64,000 bases of DNA, taken from an uncultured Armatimonadetes bacterium (GTDB lineage: Bacteria; Armatimonadota; Hebobacteria; Hebobacterales; Hebobacteraceae). A program made the translations under genes and the position numbers. This document shows positions 50,636 through 60,693 of the stretch, piece by piece. The notes beneath the pieces are model-generated. The model saw only the letters and a list, made by a program, of their open reading frames with translations, had not been told where the DNA came from and did not search any database. Each line of letters opens with the position of its first letter. Position 1 is the first letter of the stretch. The stretch lies in assembly GCA_963716175.1 (NCBI GenBank), contig OY970296.1, positions 4,096,001 through 4,160,000 on the forward strand, given 5' to 3'.

Positions 50636-52378
50636 CTAACTGCCTCCTGCCGTGAACACCACCCGCATCACCTCTTCGACCGTGGTTAGCCCTTCGAGGA
50701 CTTTCTGGAAGCCGTCCATCTTGAGAGTCTTCATGCCACTGGCGAGGGCGGCATTGCGGACCTCGGAGAGAGGGGCGCGCTTCACAATCAAGTCCTGGAT
50801 CTCCTCATTCAACATCATCAGCTCGAAGATACCCAGACGGGTCCGGTAGCCGGAGTGCCGGCACTGCTCGCAGCCCCGGCCCCGGTAGAAGACGACGCTG
50901 TCCGCGTCGTCCAGCTTGAACCCCACCCGCCGCAGCGCCTCCGCGGGCGGCTTGTAGGGCTCCTTGCAGTTGGGGCAGATGCGCCGGCCCAGCCGCTGGG
51001 CGAGCACCCCGATGACGGAGGCGGCGATGAGGAAGGGCTCGACCCCCATGTCCACCATACGAGTCACGGCGGAAGGCGCATCATTGGTGTGCAGGGTGGA
51101 GAGCACCAGGTGGCCGGTGAGGGAGGCCTGAATGGCGGTCTCGGCGGTCTCCAGGTCGCGGATCTCGCCGACCATGATGATGTCAGGGTCCTGGCGCACG
51201 AAGTAGCGCATAGCGTTGGCAAAAGTGAGGCCCGCTTTCCGGTTCACATGCACCTGGTTGAGACCCCGGAGCTGGTACTCCACCGGGTCCTCGATGGTGA
51301 TGATGTTCTTCTCCACGGAGTTGATCTTGTTCAACACCGAGTACTGGGTGGTGGTCTTGCCGGAGCCGGTGGGTCCGGTGGAGAGGATCATGCCGTTGGG
51401 CTGGATGATGATGGATTCGAGCTCGGCCTGGGTTTCCGGGGACATCCCCAGCTTGTTGAGGCCGATCAAGATGCTGCTTTGATCGAGGATACGCATCACG
51501 CACTTCTCGCCGAACACCGTGGGCAGGCTGGAAACGCGGAGGTCGAAGTCCTTGCCCTCGTGGCGGATATGGATGCGGCCGTCCTGAGGGAGGCGGCGCT
51601 CGGCGATGTTCATATCTCCCATGATCTTGATGCGGGAGATGAGTGGGGCGTGGACGTACTTGGGCATCTGCATCACTTCGTGCAGCACGCCGTCAACCCG
51701 GTAGCGGATGCGAATCCCCCGCCGGTCGGGCTCCACGTGGATGTCGCTGGCGCGGTCATTGATCGCCTGCTGGATGATGACGTTGACCACCCGGATGATG
51801 GGGGCTTCGCCCTCCAGGGCTGCGGCCCGGTCCACGTCCTCGTCCGTGCCGCCGCCGGTAACATCCATGTCGTCGGGCAACATCCCGGCGGTTCCGGTCA
51901 GCGCGCTGAGGGCCGTGTCCAGGCTCTCCTGAGTGGCGCCGTTGTCCGAGGTGCGCAGCAGCGCGCTGATGTCATCGGGCGCGGCCAGCATGGGGTCAAT
52001 CTCGTAGCCGGTGATCAGCCGAATGTCGTCGAGGGCGAAGACATTGGTGGGGTCGGCCATGGCCACAGTGAGGCGATTGCCGCTGCGGCGAATCGGCACC
52101 GCGTTGTAGCGCTGCACCACGCTCTGCGGAATCGCCTTAGCGACGTCCTCGTCTACACTGGTGCGGTCCAGCTCAAGGAACGGAATGCCCAGCTGCTCGG
52201 CGTGCGCGCGCAGCACGTCGCGCTCGGTCACATGCCCCAGTTCGACCAGGATGCGGCCGAGCTGCTCCGTGGTGTTCTTCTGTACCTTGAGCGCTTCCTC
52301 CAGTTGTTCCGACTTGACCAGACCCTTCTCGAGAAGGATCTGACCAAGCGGCTTCTTCGGTCCCCGTGGAGTCGCCAC
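50636..52378 (-). CDS. pilB: Pilus assembly ATPase (PilB/GspE) with MshEN-like N-terminus
   Basis: PLGQILLEKGLV..EQLEEAL..Q...LGRILVELG, ASDIHVEP, GPTGSGKTTT, RQDPDIIMVGEIRD, Zn-binding Cys pairs. Confidence 0.93.
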   Translation of the reverse strand: MATPRGPKKPLGQILLEKGLVKSEQLEEALKVQKNTTEQLGRILVELGHVTERDVLRAHAEQLGIPFLELDRTSVDEDVAKAIPQSVVQRYNAVPIRRSGNRLTVAMADPTNVFALDDIRLITGYEIDPMLAAPDDISALLRTSDNGATQESLDTALSALTGTAGMLPDDMDVTGGGTDEDVDRAAALEGEAPIIRVVNVIIQQAINDRASDIHVEPDRRGIRIRYRVDGVLHEVMQMPKYVHAPLISRIKIMGDMNIAERRLPQDGRIHIRHEGKDFDLRVSSLPTVFGEKCVMRILDQSSILIGLNKLGMSPETQAELESIIIQPNGMILSTGPTGSGKTTTQYSVLNKINSVEKNIITIEDPVEYQLRGLNQVHVNRKAGLTFANAMRYFVRQDPDIIMVGEIRDLETAETAIQASLTGHLVLSTLHTNDAPSAVTRMVDMGVEPFLIAASVIGVLAQRLGRRICPNCKEPYKPPAEALRRVGFKLDDADSVVFYRGRGCEQCRHSGYRTRLGIFELMMLNEEIQDLIVKRAPLSEVRNAALASGMKTLKMDGFQKVLEGLTTVEEVMRVVFTAGGS

Positions 52379-52828
52379 GCGACTTCCCTCCAGTCACACC
52401 GGGGGGTGCACTGGCAATAAAGGATCGATGAAGCAAGTCGAGACACCCACTAGACCCACCGGAATTATACCACCGAGCACGGCCCTGCGCAACTCCTTCC
52501 GGGCCCGCGCGCGTCACGCCGGGCGCCGAGGCGCCCGCAGCTCATACCGGCATCCTGTAGGACGCGAGGTCCCCCTGGAAAGTTCTCGCAGCAGTGCCGA
52601 AGACAGGCCCCGCGCTGGAAGTGACTGCCGGAATGATGTGACCCGATCCGCGCCTGCCGCCCTGAAGGGCCCCCACAGGGAACGCGCGTCTGTACGCCGT
52701 CTTGTCCCGCGACGAGACAGAAGATGCCGTTGGGCAGGCCACGCTGGTATCGCCTTCCCGCGGCTCACGCTCCGCAGAGAGATTATACCACAGGCGTGAC
52801 GAAAAGCAGCGCGATGTCGCCCCTAGCA

Positions 52829-52867
52829 GCTGTTTCATAGCCTTCCCAGGGGAGGTTATGAAACAGC
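52829..52867. repeat. 15-bp-stem inverted repeat
   Basis: GCTGTTTCATAGCCT ... AGGTTATGAAACAGC. Confidence 0.7.
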
Positions 52868-52950
52868 ACTGCACAACGTCAGGCCGTGGCAGGCGCATTT
52901 CATGCGAAGGCGTGGTGCGGCCAGCCAGCAGGTAGGTTACGAAATGCGCT

Positions 52951-53544
52951 CTAGTCGCCGGTTCCGGCTCTCTCTTTCCCGCGGTTCATGGGCTGGCCGC
53001 TCCCAGCAGGTGGGCCGTGGGCGCCGCGTCTGGCGGCCCCGCGTGCCGCCCCTCGGGCCCACCGGCGCCGCAGAGGTCGCTCCAAGAGACGGATCAGGCG
53101 AGTGTGGGGCGATTCCCTCGGACTCAGCGGGTGCAACAGGATAGTGGTAAGGCCCAGCCAGTTCGCTCCCAGCATGTCAGTGAAGAGCTGGTCGCCGATG
53201 GCGCAGGTGCTGCGTGGGTCGGTGCCAAGCACCGCCATACCCCGCCGGAACGCGATCGGGAACGGCTTTCCCGCCCGCACCACCGCGACCAGACCGAGGT
53301 CCCTGGCCACCCGGGCGACTCGCGCCCCCCGGAACGCATTGCTCACCAGGCAGAGGCCCAGGCCGGAGCGCCGGGCCGCGTTGACCCAAGCGCGCACCTC
53401 CGGGCGGACCCAACTGCCGTTCCAGTCAACAAGGGTGTTGTCCAGGTCCAACAGCAGGCCGCGGATGCCGCGCCGCAGCAGCGCGTCGAGGTCAATGGCC
53501 CAGACTGCTTCGGCGAGAAAGGTCGGTCTCACAAGGCTGCGCAC
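52951..53544 (-). CDS. YqeG-family HAD IIIA phosphatase
   Basis: LLLDLDNTLV, LVSN, AGKP, IGDQLFTDMLGAN. Confidence 0.9.
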   Translation of the reverse strand: MRSLVRPTFLAEAVWAIDLDALLRRGIRGLLLDLDNTLVDWNGSWVRPEVRAWVNAARRSGLGLCLVSNAFRGARVARVARDLGLVAVVRAGKPFPIAFRRGMAVLGTDPRSTCAIGDQLFTDMLGANWLGLTTILLHPLSPRESPHTRLIRLLERPLRRRWARGAARGAARRGAHGPPAGSGQPMNRGKERAGTGD

Positions 53545-53607
53545 GCGCGAGCGTCCATCACAGTGTAGTGGGAGGCCGCGCCTGAGGGGGGGGAATCCAG
53601 GCCCCGC

Positions 53608-54771
53608 TCACCGCAGCGGCCAGCGGCCATCGCCCAGCTCCCGGCCCACCAGCAGCAGACGCAGGGTGCGCTCGGCGGCCGCCTGCAGCAGCTCCCCGGC
53701 GCGACTCATCGCCTCCTGCTCCGGCATGGGGCCGGGGATGATGGGCACCACGGCCTGCACACCGCGGCGGGCCAGCTGCTCCGGCTCCTCCTCCAGGCTG
53801 CCGGTGAAGGCGATCAGCGGCACTCCGTGCTTCTCGGCCAGCAGGGCCACCCCGCTGATGGCCTTCCCGAACTCGATCTGACGGTCTATCTTGCCCTCGC
53901 CGGTAATCACCAGGTCGGCCGCCTCCAGGTAGTCCTCAAACCCCAGGATCTCCAGCACGAGGCTGGCGCCGGAGCGGATCTGCGCTCCGCAGAAAGCTAT
54001 CATCCCAGCGCCCAGGCCGCCAGCCGCGCCCGCGCCGCTCATCTCCCTCACATCCACTCCCAGGTCTCGCTCAATGACCTGCGCGAAATGGGCCAGCGCC
54101 TGATCGAGCTGGGCCACCATCTCCGGGGTGGCGCCCTTCTGCGGGCCGTAAATGGCGGCGGCGCCCTTGGGGCCACAGAGAGGGTTAGTGACATCCGAGG
54201 CGGCGGAGATGACCACCTGACCCACCCGCGGGTCAACACCGGACAGGTCAATCCGGTCCAGGTGGGCCAGCGCGGCTCCGCCGCGGGGCAACTCGCCGCC
54301 GCCCGCGGACAGCAGCCGCGCCCCCAGGGCCTGCGCCATCCCCGCTCCCCCGTCATTGGTGGCGCTCCCGCCCAGGCCCACGATGAGACGGGTGCACCCC
54401 GCCGACAGGGCCGCCAAGATCAGCTCGCCCACACCATAGGTGGTAGTAAGCAGTGGGTTCCTCTGCTCCCGAGGGATCAGCCCCAGGCCGGCGGCCGCGG
54501 CCATCTCCACCACGCCGGTGACGTCGTCACCCAGGACCCCGAAGGTGGCCTCCACCGGATCGCCCAGCGGCCCGGCAACCTTCTTGGTCAGGAACCGCCC
54601 CCTGGTGGCCAGGACCAGTGACTCCACCGTGCCCTCCCCGCCGTCCGCCAGGGGGATGGAGACGATCTCGGCCTCCGGGGCCACGTCCCGGATGCCCTGG
54701 ACGATGGCGTCCGCGGCCTGCAGCGCGGTCAGGCTGCCCTTGAAGCTGTCCGGAGCGACGATGATGTTCAT
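53608..54771 (-). CDS. glxK: Glycerate kinase
   Basis: IIVAPDSFKGSL, PLADGGEGT, GLGGSATNDGG, GAGAAGGLG, VITGEG. Confidence 0.93.
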   Translation of the reverse strand: MNIIVAPDSFKGSLTALQAADAIVQGIRDVAPEAEIVSIPLADGGEGTVESLVLATRGRFLTKKVAGPLGDPVEATFGVLGDDVTGVVEMAAAAGLGLIPREQRNPLLTTTYGVGELILAALSAGCTRLIVGLGGSATNDGGAGMAQALGARLLSAGGGELPRGGAALAHLDRIDLSGVDPRVGQVVISAASDVTNPLCGPKGAAAIYGPQKGATPEMVAQLDQALAHFAQVIERDLGVDVREMSGAGAAGGLGAGMIAFCGAQIRSGASLVLEILGFEDYLEAADLVITGEGKIDRQIEFGKAISGVALLAEKHGVPLIAFTGSLEEEPEQLARRGVQAVVPIIPGPMPEQEAMSRAGELLQAAAERTLRLLLVGRELGDGRWPLR

Positions 54772-54882
54772 TCGCCCATGCTCCCGGCGCCCACTCCCCC
54801 AGACCGGGGCTCAAGCATTACAGTACCGCAAAAGGGGCGTTTGTGCCAAGGCGTTCGGGCTGCCCCAGGCCGGGCGCCCCCC

Positions 54883-55113
54883 TCAGCGTCTCCAGGCCGA
54901 GATCAGCCAGAGGATGAAGGTCAGGACCAGGCTGAGCAGGATCGAAGTGGCGATGGGGAAGATGAAGGTGAAGTTGGGCCGGGAGATCACGATATCACCT
55001 GGCAGCAGCTTGCCTCCCCTGACGCCGACCGCGCCCAGGAGAAGGCCGAGCGCGGCCACCAGGATGCCCAGCCCCACCAGGGTCAGCCCGAGCCAGATCA
55101 GCACCCTGTCCAT
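54883..55113 (-). CDS. DUF2905 family small membrane protein
   Basis: LPGDIVISRPNFTFIFPIATSILLSLVLT. Confidence 0.88.
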   Translation of the reverse strand: MDRVLIWLGLTLVGLGILVAALGLLLGAVGVRGGKLLPGDIVISRPNFTFIFPIATSILLSLVLTFILWLISAWRR

Positions 55114-55125
55114 GATCGCCCGCCC

Positions 55126-55749
55126 TCACCGCTGGGCGGCCATCGCCTTTCGCGCGCTCTCGATGGCGCGCCCTGCCCGCCGCTCCGACCGCTCCAGGAG
55201 GCTGAATAGACAGCCGCAGTAGTTCTGCCGATAGAGGTCGAGCTCCCGGGCGCGCTCACAGCTCTCGGCGTATCGGCCGCGGAGGTCAGCGAAGCCGAAC
55301 TCGACCCCGAGGCGCGCGCCGATGGCCGCGCCCAACTCGCCGATCGCCTCCACCTCCTGATGGGGGCTGATGAGCAGAGTAGTCGAGAACGAATCGAACC
55401 CCTCCGACCGGGCCGCTGCTGCAGCCGCTTCCAGACGAAGCCCATAGCAGGCGCGACAGCGCTTCCCTCCCTGGCTGGCAAGGGCCAAAAGAAAGCCGCG
55501 CAGGCCCTCTTCTGCCTCTGGCAGGGTGGGCGTGCCCACGTCCGCGGCGATGCTGCCAGCAGGGCGGTGCACTGGCAGCCCAATCGCGTGCGCGGTCTGC
55601 TCGAAGGTGGCCTGGCGGCGCCGCAGCTCCTCGGCGGGGTGGATGTTGGGGTTGAAGAACCATCCGGTTACCTGGGCCCCGAGAGACCGGAAGTGATCCA
55701 CCACCACACTGGTGCACGGACCACAACAGCAGTGGAGGAGCAGCTTCAT
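55126..55749 (-). CDS. queH: Epoxyqueuosine reductase QueH
   Basis: KLLLHCCCGPC, FFNPNIHP, RCRACY.LRL, FSTTLLISPHQ, LYRQNYCGCLFS. Confidence 0.92.
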   Translation of the reverse strand: MKLLLHCCCGPCTSVVVDHFRSLGAQVTGWFFNPNIHPAEELRRRQATFEQTAHAIGLPVHRPAGSIAADVGTPTLPEAEEGLRGFLLALASQGGKRCRACYGLRLEAAAAAARSEGFDSFSTTLLISPHQEVEAIGELGAAIGARLGVEFGFADLRGRYAESCERARELDLYRQNYCGCLFSLLERSERRAGRAIESARKAMAAQR

Positions 55750-55792
55750 CCGTCGCGGTTTCGCAGGCGCGGCGCAGCCGGCAGCAGCGGGC

Positions 55793-57401
55793 TCACTCCC
55801 CACTGCTCGTCAGGTCTGCCGCGAGCTGGCGGGCCTGGGCGCGGGCCTTGCGAAAGGCGTCGCGCAGGAGGGCGGCGCGGCGCTGGCGGTCCTGGTCATG
55901 GGTCTGGGAGTAGAGCAGGGCCTCGAAGTCCGACTGATTCAGCAGGTTGTAGGCCAGCACCCGGTAGCGATGAGCGGGGTCCAGCCGCGGCGATACCGAC
56001 ATCCGCTCCCCGAGGGTGGCGAGCCGATCGGAGCGCTGGTGCAAGTCCTCCAGCTTGTCGCCGCGCTGGTCATCGCCGAGCTGGTCGGGCGGGGGGCGGG
56101 TGAGGTCGGCGACCTGCTGCGCGATCTGCTCGCCCTCGTCATCCAGCCCGGCTGCGATCTCCAGGTAATCCGGGTCGGTGTAGGGCGGCCGCTGCGCATT
56201 CACCTGATAGTCGAGCAGCAGGCGGACTCCCTCCGAGTAGTAGCCGTTGCGCAGATAGAGCCGGCCCAAGGGCAGGTTGATCTCCCCGGCCGGCAAGACA
56301 GTCAGGCGGATGCTATCGTCCTGCTGGTCGGCGAGCAGCCCAGCCAGCCAGGAGGGGGCGGAGGAAAGCTCTGGCAGGCTGGCGATGAGCTGCTGGTAGT
56401 ACTGCTGAGCGCGCGCTGCCTGGCCCTGGGCGCGCGCCGACCTCGCCAGTCCTTCTACCGCGCGGATCAGGAGGGTCGGTGTCCGCGGCCTGCAGGAAGG
56501 CGGCCTCGGCCTGAACGGGCTGGCCCGCGAGCAGGGCCAGGTTGCCGGCCCGCAGCAGCACCTCCTGGTCCGGCCGCAGCTCCACCAGGCGCCGGTAGAG
56601 CGTCGCCGCGGTCTCATAGTCCCCGAACCCGGCTGCGGCTTCCCCGGCTCCGCGGAGATAGTCTGGATTATCGGGTGCAGCCAATAGCGCCGCGGCAAAC
56701 TCGAGCGCGGCATCCCGGTATCGGCGATCGGTGAGGGCGGCCTGACCGGAGGCATAGCGCTCGGTCGCTGCACACTGCTGGCCGGCCTCGTCGGCCCCGG
56801 CCTGCGCCCAGAGTTCGGGCGTGAGCTTGGCCGCCAGGCCTTGCGCCAGCGCGCGAGCCTGCTGCTCGCGGTCTCCCGCGGCGGGCAGAGTGAACTCGAC
56901 GCTCACCCGGTAGTGGGATATGGCGCCGACCAACTGGGCGCGGAGGGTGACCTCTGGCGGGGCCTCTGCCACCTCGGCCACCAGGCCGGCCTCCACCCCG
57001 GCCGCCACCGCCATGTGCTGGGCTGACTCCACCCGATCTTTTTCCGGGGTGTCGGGCCTCACGGTCCGCTCCCCCCACTCGGGAGGCGCCGCCTCCGGGT
57101 CCCAGAGCGTGGCGCTGATGCCGGCGGCGGTCAGCGCCTCCGGCAATTCCTGGGTCACAGCCTGAGCCAGCGGCGCGCTGACCCAATGGCCGCCAACTGG
57201 AAGGAGCAGCAGGGTGCGAGCCTGGTCGGCCCGCGCGGACGGCAGGCGCGAGGGCACCACCAGCAGCGCCAGCGCAACTGCGCAGGCGATGGCGCGGGTC
57301 TGGCGCAAGGGAAGCAGGCGCCTGCTAGCGCGCTTGCAGGGCTCGGAGCGCGGACTCACAGGTGCGCACACCATGCCGGGCGGCCTCCACATTGTGTCCA
57401 C
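55793..57401 (-). CDS. Exported TPR-containing protein (frameshift near 56463; start uncertain)
   Basis: ORF 56313-57401 (signal-like segment, TPRs) continues in the frame of ORF 55793-56773 at AVEGLARSA. Confidence 0.65.
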
Positions 57402-58494
57402 GGTTGAAGTCGGACTGGTACTGATCGAGGGCCTGGTGGTATTGCTGAGTGGCTCTCTGCCGATCTCCAGCCTCGGTGTAGACCCAGGCCAGCTCTTCCC
57501 GAGGGGCCGCGCCGGCGCGAGGGTTCTGCGCCAGGTAGGACTGATAGGCAGCTATTGATTGCTGGTAATTGCCCTGGAAGTAGTAATCACGGGCGGCCTG
57601 GGTATAGGCCCTGGCCGGCATCACGGGGCCTGCCGGCCTCCCCCAGACGGGCGTGCCCACGGTCGGCGGACCCGCCCCGGTCATGGGCACCGCCCCCAGG
57701 AACGGGCCGGCCGCAGGGGCGGCAGGCCGCGGAGCAGCGGCGCGCTGCGCGCCAGTCACCGGAAGGAAGTAGGTGCCTGGCGCCACCCAGGTTCCGCCGC
57801 CATAGCCCTGCCAGACGCGGGCCGCGGTGGAAGGCCGCGCCCTGGGGGCCGCGAACATGCGGGGGGCGGCAAACCGCGCGGGGGCGTAGACGCTACCCGG
57901 GCTGGGAACGAACTGGGCCGGCGCGGATACCGCGGTCTGCTGGGCCCCCGCAGGCGCCGCCGGTGCCATCGCCGCCGGCTGTCGCCTGGGCTGGGGCGGG
58001 CGCTGCATGGTCAGCATGAGGGCCCCAATGAGCACCAGCACCACGACCACGCCACCTCCGGTCACGGCCAGGCGGGCGGTGCGCGGCGAGATCCCCATCA
58101 CCGCCTCGCGGGCGGCCGGCAGTCCCATCAGCTCGTTCAGGCGGCGCCGCTCCACCGTGCTGCCGGGGCTGAGAGTGAGGACCTGCTCGTACTCCCGGAT
58201 GGCGTTGTCGCGGTCGCCCTGGCGCTCATAGAGAGTGCCCAGGAGGGAGTGCGCGGAGGTGGAATTGGGGTTGACCGTGACCGCCTGATGGCAGACCTGG
58301 ATGGCGGCCAGCAGTTTGCCCTCTTCGCTCAAGCGAAAGGCTTCTTCCAGCAGACGGCGCGCCCGCTCCTCGGGCGTCATCCCGGCCAGGGGAGAAACGC
58401 CGGCCCGGCCCGGGCCGCCCAAGGCCTGGCCACAGGCGCGGCAGAACCGAGCCTGGTCGGGGCTTTCCGCGCCGCACTTAGGACACCGCACCAC
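57325..58494 (-). CDS. Zinc-ribbon plus TPR membrane protein
   Basis: CPKCG...FCRACG, TPRs on both sides of a TM helix; SD AGGAGG before GTG. Confidence 0.82.
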   Translation of the reverse strand: MVRCPKCGAESPDQARFCRACGQALGGPGRAGVSPLAGMTPEERARRLLEEAFRLSEEGKLLAAIQVCHQAVTVNPNSTSAHSLLGTLYERQGDRDNAIREYEQVLTLSPGSTVERRRLNELMGLPAAREAVMGISPRTARLAVTGGGVVVVLVLIGALMLTMQRPPQPRRQPAAMAPAAPAGAQQTAVSAPAQFVPSPGSVYAPARFAAPRMFAAPRARPSTAARVWQGYGGGTWVAPGTYFLPVTGAQRAAAPRPAAPAAGPFLGAVPMTGAGPPTVGTPVWGRPAGPVMPARAYTQAARDYYFQGNYQQSIAAYQSYLAQNPRAGAAPREELAWVYTEAGDRQRATQQYHQALDQYQSDFNRGHNVEAARHGVRTCESALRALQAR

Positions 58495-58558
58495 CGCACG
58501 CCTCCTGCTCGGCCCGGGCTCTCCCCGGGCCGCCATCGAGCTATAGTCTACGCCACAG

Positions 58559-59428
58559 CTACGGGATTACTTTGTTCAGTGGATACTCGACAATCCCCTC
58601 GGCGCCGGCCCGGCGCAAGGCCGGGATGAGGTCGCGCGCCGCGCGCTCGTCCAACACCGTCTCCACCGCTACCCAGTGGGTGTTGGTGAGCGGGGATACC
58701 GTGGGCTGGCGTAAGGCGGGAAGCAGGGCCAGCACCTTCTCCAGGTCGGCGCGGGCGACGTTCATCTTCAGCCCGACCTTCTGCTCCCCCAGCAGCGCGC
58801 CCTGGAGCAGCATGGCGAGAGTCTCGATCTTGTTGCGCTTCCAGGGATCGGCCCAGGCGGAGCGGCTCGCGATCACCTTGGTGTTGGTCTCCAGCACCGT
58901 GTCGAGGATGCGCAGGTCGTTCTCCCGCAGGGAGGCCCCGGTCTCGGTCAGCTCGCAGATGGCGTCCACCAGGTCCGGCACCTTGACCTCGGTCGCGCCC
59001 CAGGAGAACTCGACATCGGCCGCCACGCCGTGCCGGGCGAGGTAGCTGCGGGTGATGTTGACCACCTCGGTGGCGATGCGCTTGCCCTGCAGATCAGCGA
59101 CCGACTGGATGGGACTAGCTACCGCCACGGCCAGCACCCAGCGGGCGGTGCGGTTGCTGGCCTTGGAGTAGACGAGATCGCAGACATCGCACACGTTGGC
59201 CTGGGTCTCGAGGATCCAGTCCAGCCCGCAGAGGCCGGCGTCCAGGGCGCCAGAGCTGACATAGCGCGGAATCTCCTGGGCCCGCATCAGCACTCCCTCC
59301 ATCTCCGGGTCGTCTATCTCCGGGTAGTAGGAGCGGGAGCCAGCGCTGACGTAGTAGCCCGCCCGAGCGAAGAGCTCGAAAGTGGCTTGCTGTAAGCTCC
59401 CCTTGGGCAGGCCGAGACGCAGGACCAA
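58559..59428 (-). CDS. hisG: ATP phosphoribosyltransferase (long form)
   Basis: [32 protein letters not shown]-terminal regulatory domain; SD GGAGG before TTG. Confidence 0.95.
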   Translation of the reverse strand: MVLRLGLPKGSLQQATFELFARAGYYVSAGSRSYYPEIDDPEMEGVLMRAQEIPRYVSSGALDAGLCGLDWILETQANVCDVCDLVYSKASNRTARWVLAVAVASPIQSVADLQGKRIATEVVNITRSYLARHGVAADVEFSWGATEVKVPDLVDAICELTETGASLRENDLRILDTVLETNTKVIASRSAWADPWKRNKIETLAMLLQGALLGEQKVGLKMNVARADLEKVLALLPALRQPTVSPLTNTHWVAVETVLDERAARDLIPALRRAGAEGIVEYPLNKVIP

Positions 59429-59547
59429 GGCCGACCTCCAGGCCGAAGGCACGTCTGAACCGAGTATATCCTGCGGGGGAAACAGCGTCAAGGTGAGGCG
59501 AGCCCGCGGCCCCCACCCCCGGCCGACCGGAGGCGGGCGAAGTCAGG

Positions 59548-59742
59548 TCAATGCACGATCCCGTCCACCCCATCGCCCCGGCGCACAGGCGCCGGGATCT
59601 GGGTGCGCGCCACCAGCCAGCGCAGGAGCGCGGGCCGACCGGCGAGACGAAGCGCCAGCCCCACCAGGTACAGCAGGGCCATGATCACAAACGGGCCGTA
59701 AGCCAGCAGCATGGCGGCCAGCAGCAGGTGCTTGCTCATCAT
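59548..59742 (-). CDS. Small membrane protein
   Basis: SD GGAGG, hydrophobic 64-aa ORF. Confidence 0.6.
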   Translation of the reverse strand: MMSKHLLLAAMLLAYGPFVIMALLYLVGLALRLAGRPALLRWLVARTQIPAPVRRGDGVDGIVH

Positions 59743-59933
59743 GACCTCCGCGGATTATGGTACGACCTTCTGAGGCCGCTGGCAAGAGGAGGCGGTTCGA
59801 GCCGCGGGAGAGCCATTCCCAGGCGCGCGAGCAGACAGCCGCGCGGCCAGGATACAGCGGCCTGGAGGTGGAGGCGCTGAACGGGGGGTTGGTGCGGGAG
59901 GACAGGGAGTTCGAGACGAGACCGGGAATCACA

Positions 59934-59992
59934 TATCTGAGATCTCAGATTTGAGATTTGAGATTTGAGATTTCAGATTTGAGATTTGAGAT
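59934..59992. repeat. 7-nt tandem repeat (GATTTGA consensus), 8 units
   Basis: TATCTGA GATCTCA GATTTGA x3 GATTTCA GATTTGA x2. Confidence 0.92.
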
Positions 59993-60046
59993 GGGGCATT
60001 CCAGTGCGGGCCGAAACCCTGGTTGCGGCGGCCAGATGACGGGGCG

Positions 60047-60589
60047 ATGATGCGGTACTCCCGTTTCGAGGAGCTGCCGGTCTGGCAGTCTGGCCTCCAG
60101 TTGGCGAAGGCTGTGTACGGGCTGACGAAGGCTCAGCGCCTGCGGCCCAGCCTGCGCGACCAGCTGGAACGGGCCGCGCTATCAGTGAGCAACAACATCG
60201 CGGAGGGGTTCGAGCGCGGGACTACCCAGGAGCTGCTCACCTTCCTTTACATTGCCAGAGGGTCAGCAGGCGAAGTGCGGTCCATGCTCCACTTCGTGGA
60301 GACACTGCCGGAGTGCGAGCATCTCGAATCTGAAATCTCGAATCTCAAATCCCTGGCGGAGAGTGTGTCTCGCCAACTGCGCGCTTGGGCCGATTCTCTC
60401 CAGAACTCAGAGATCAAGGGCCAGCGCTATCTCACCGAGGCGGTGCGGGCCCGCGAGAAGGCAGAGCAGGACAGAGAGGCGTTCCTGGCAGAGGCGGAGG
60501 AGATGGTGAGGCGGGCGCGAGAGGAGCGGGAGAAGAAAGCGCAGCAGGAAGGGCCGGAGGCGCCGCCGGACTCGCCGTCGGAGGCGTGA
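60047..60589 (+). CDS. Four-helix-bundle protein (23S rRNA IVP / Avd-like family)
   Basis: RFEELPVWQ, LRDQLERAALSVSNNIAEGFER, FLYIARGSAGEVRSML. Confidence 0.92.
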   Translation: MMRYSRFEELPVWQSGLQLAKAVYGLTKAQRLRPSLRDQLERAALSVSNNIAEGFERGTTQELLTFLYIARGSAGEVRSMLHFVETLPECEHLESEISNLKSLAESVSRQLRAWADSLQNSEIKGQRYLTEAVRAREKAEQDREAFLAEAEEMVRRAREEREKKAQQEGPEAPPDSPSEA

Positions 60590-60596
60590 AGCGTGC

Positions 60597-60687
60597 GATC
60601 TGAGAGTTGAGAGTTGAGATTCGAGATCTCAGATTTGAGATTTGAGATTTCAGATTTGAGATTTGAGATTTCAGATTCGAGAGTTGC
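60597..60687. repeat. 7-nt tandem repeat (GATTTGA consensus), about 13 units
   Basis: GATCTGA GAGTTGA x2 GATTCGA GATCTCA GATTTGA x2 GATTTCA GATTTGA x2 GATTTCA GATTCGA GAGTTGC. Confidence 0.92.
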
Positions 60688-60693
60688 GCGGCG

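Noticed and set aside
52500-52780. c-di-GMP riboswitch upstream of pilB
   Set aside because: Class I and class II consensus motifs were not recognisable by eye
60047-60589. Diversity-generating retroelement or 23S rRNA intervening sequence
   Set aside because: No reverse transcriptase, no TR/VR pair and no rRNA seen; only the fold family is shared
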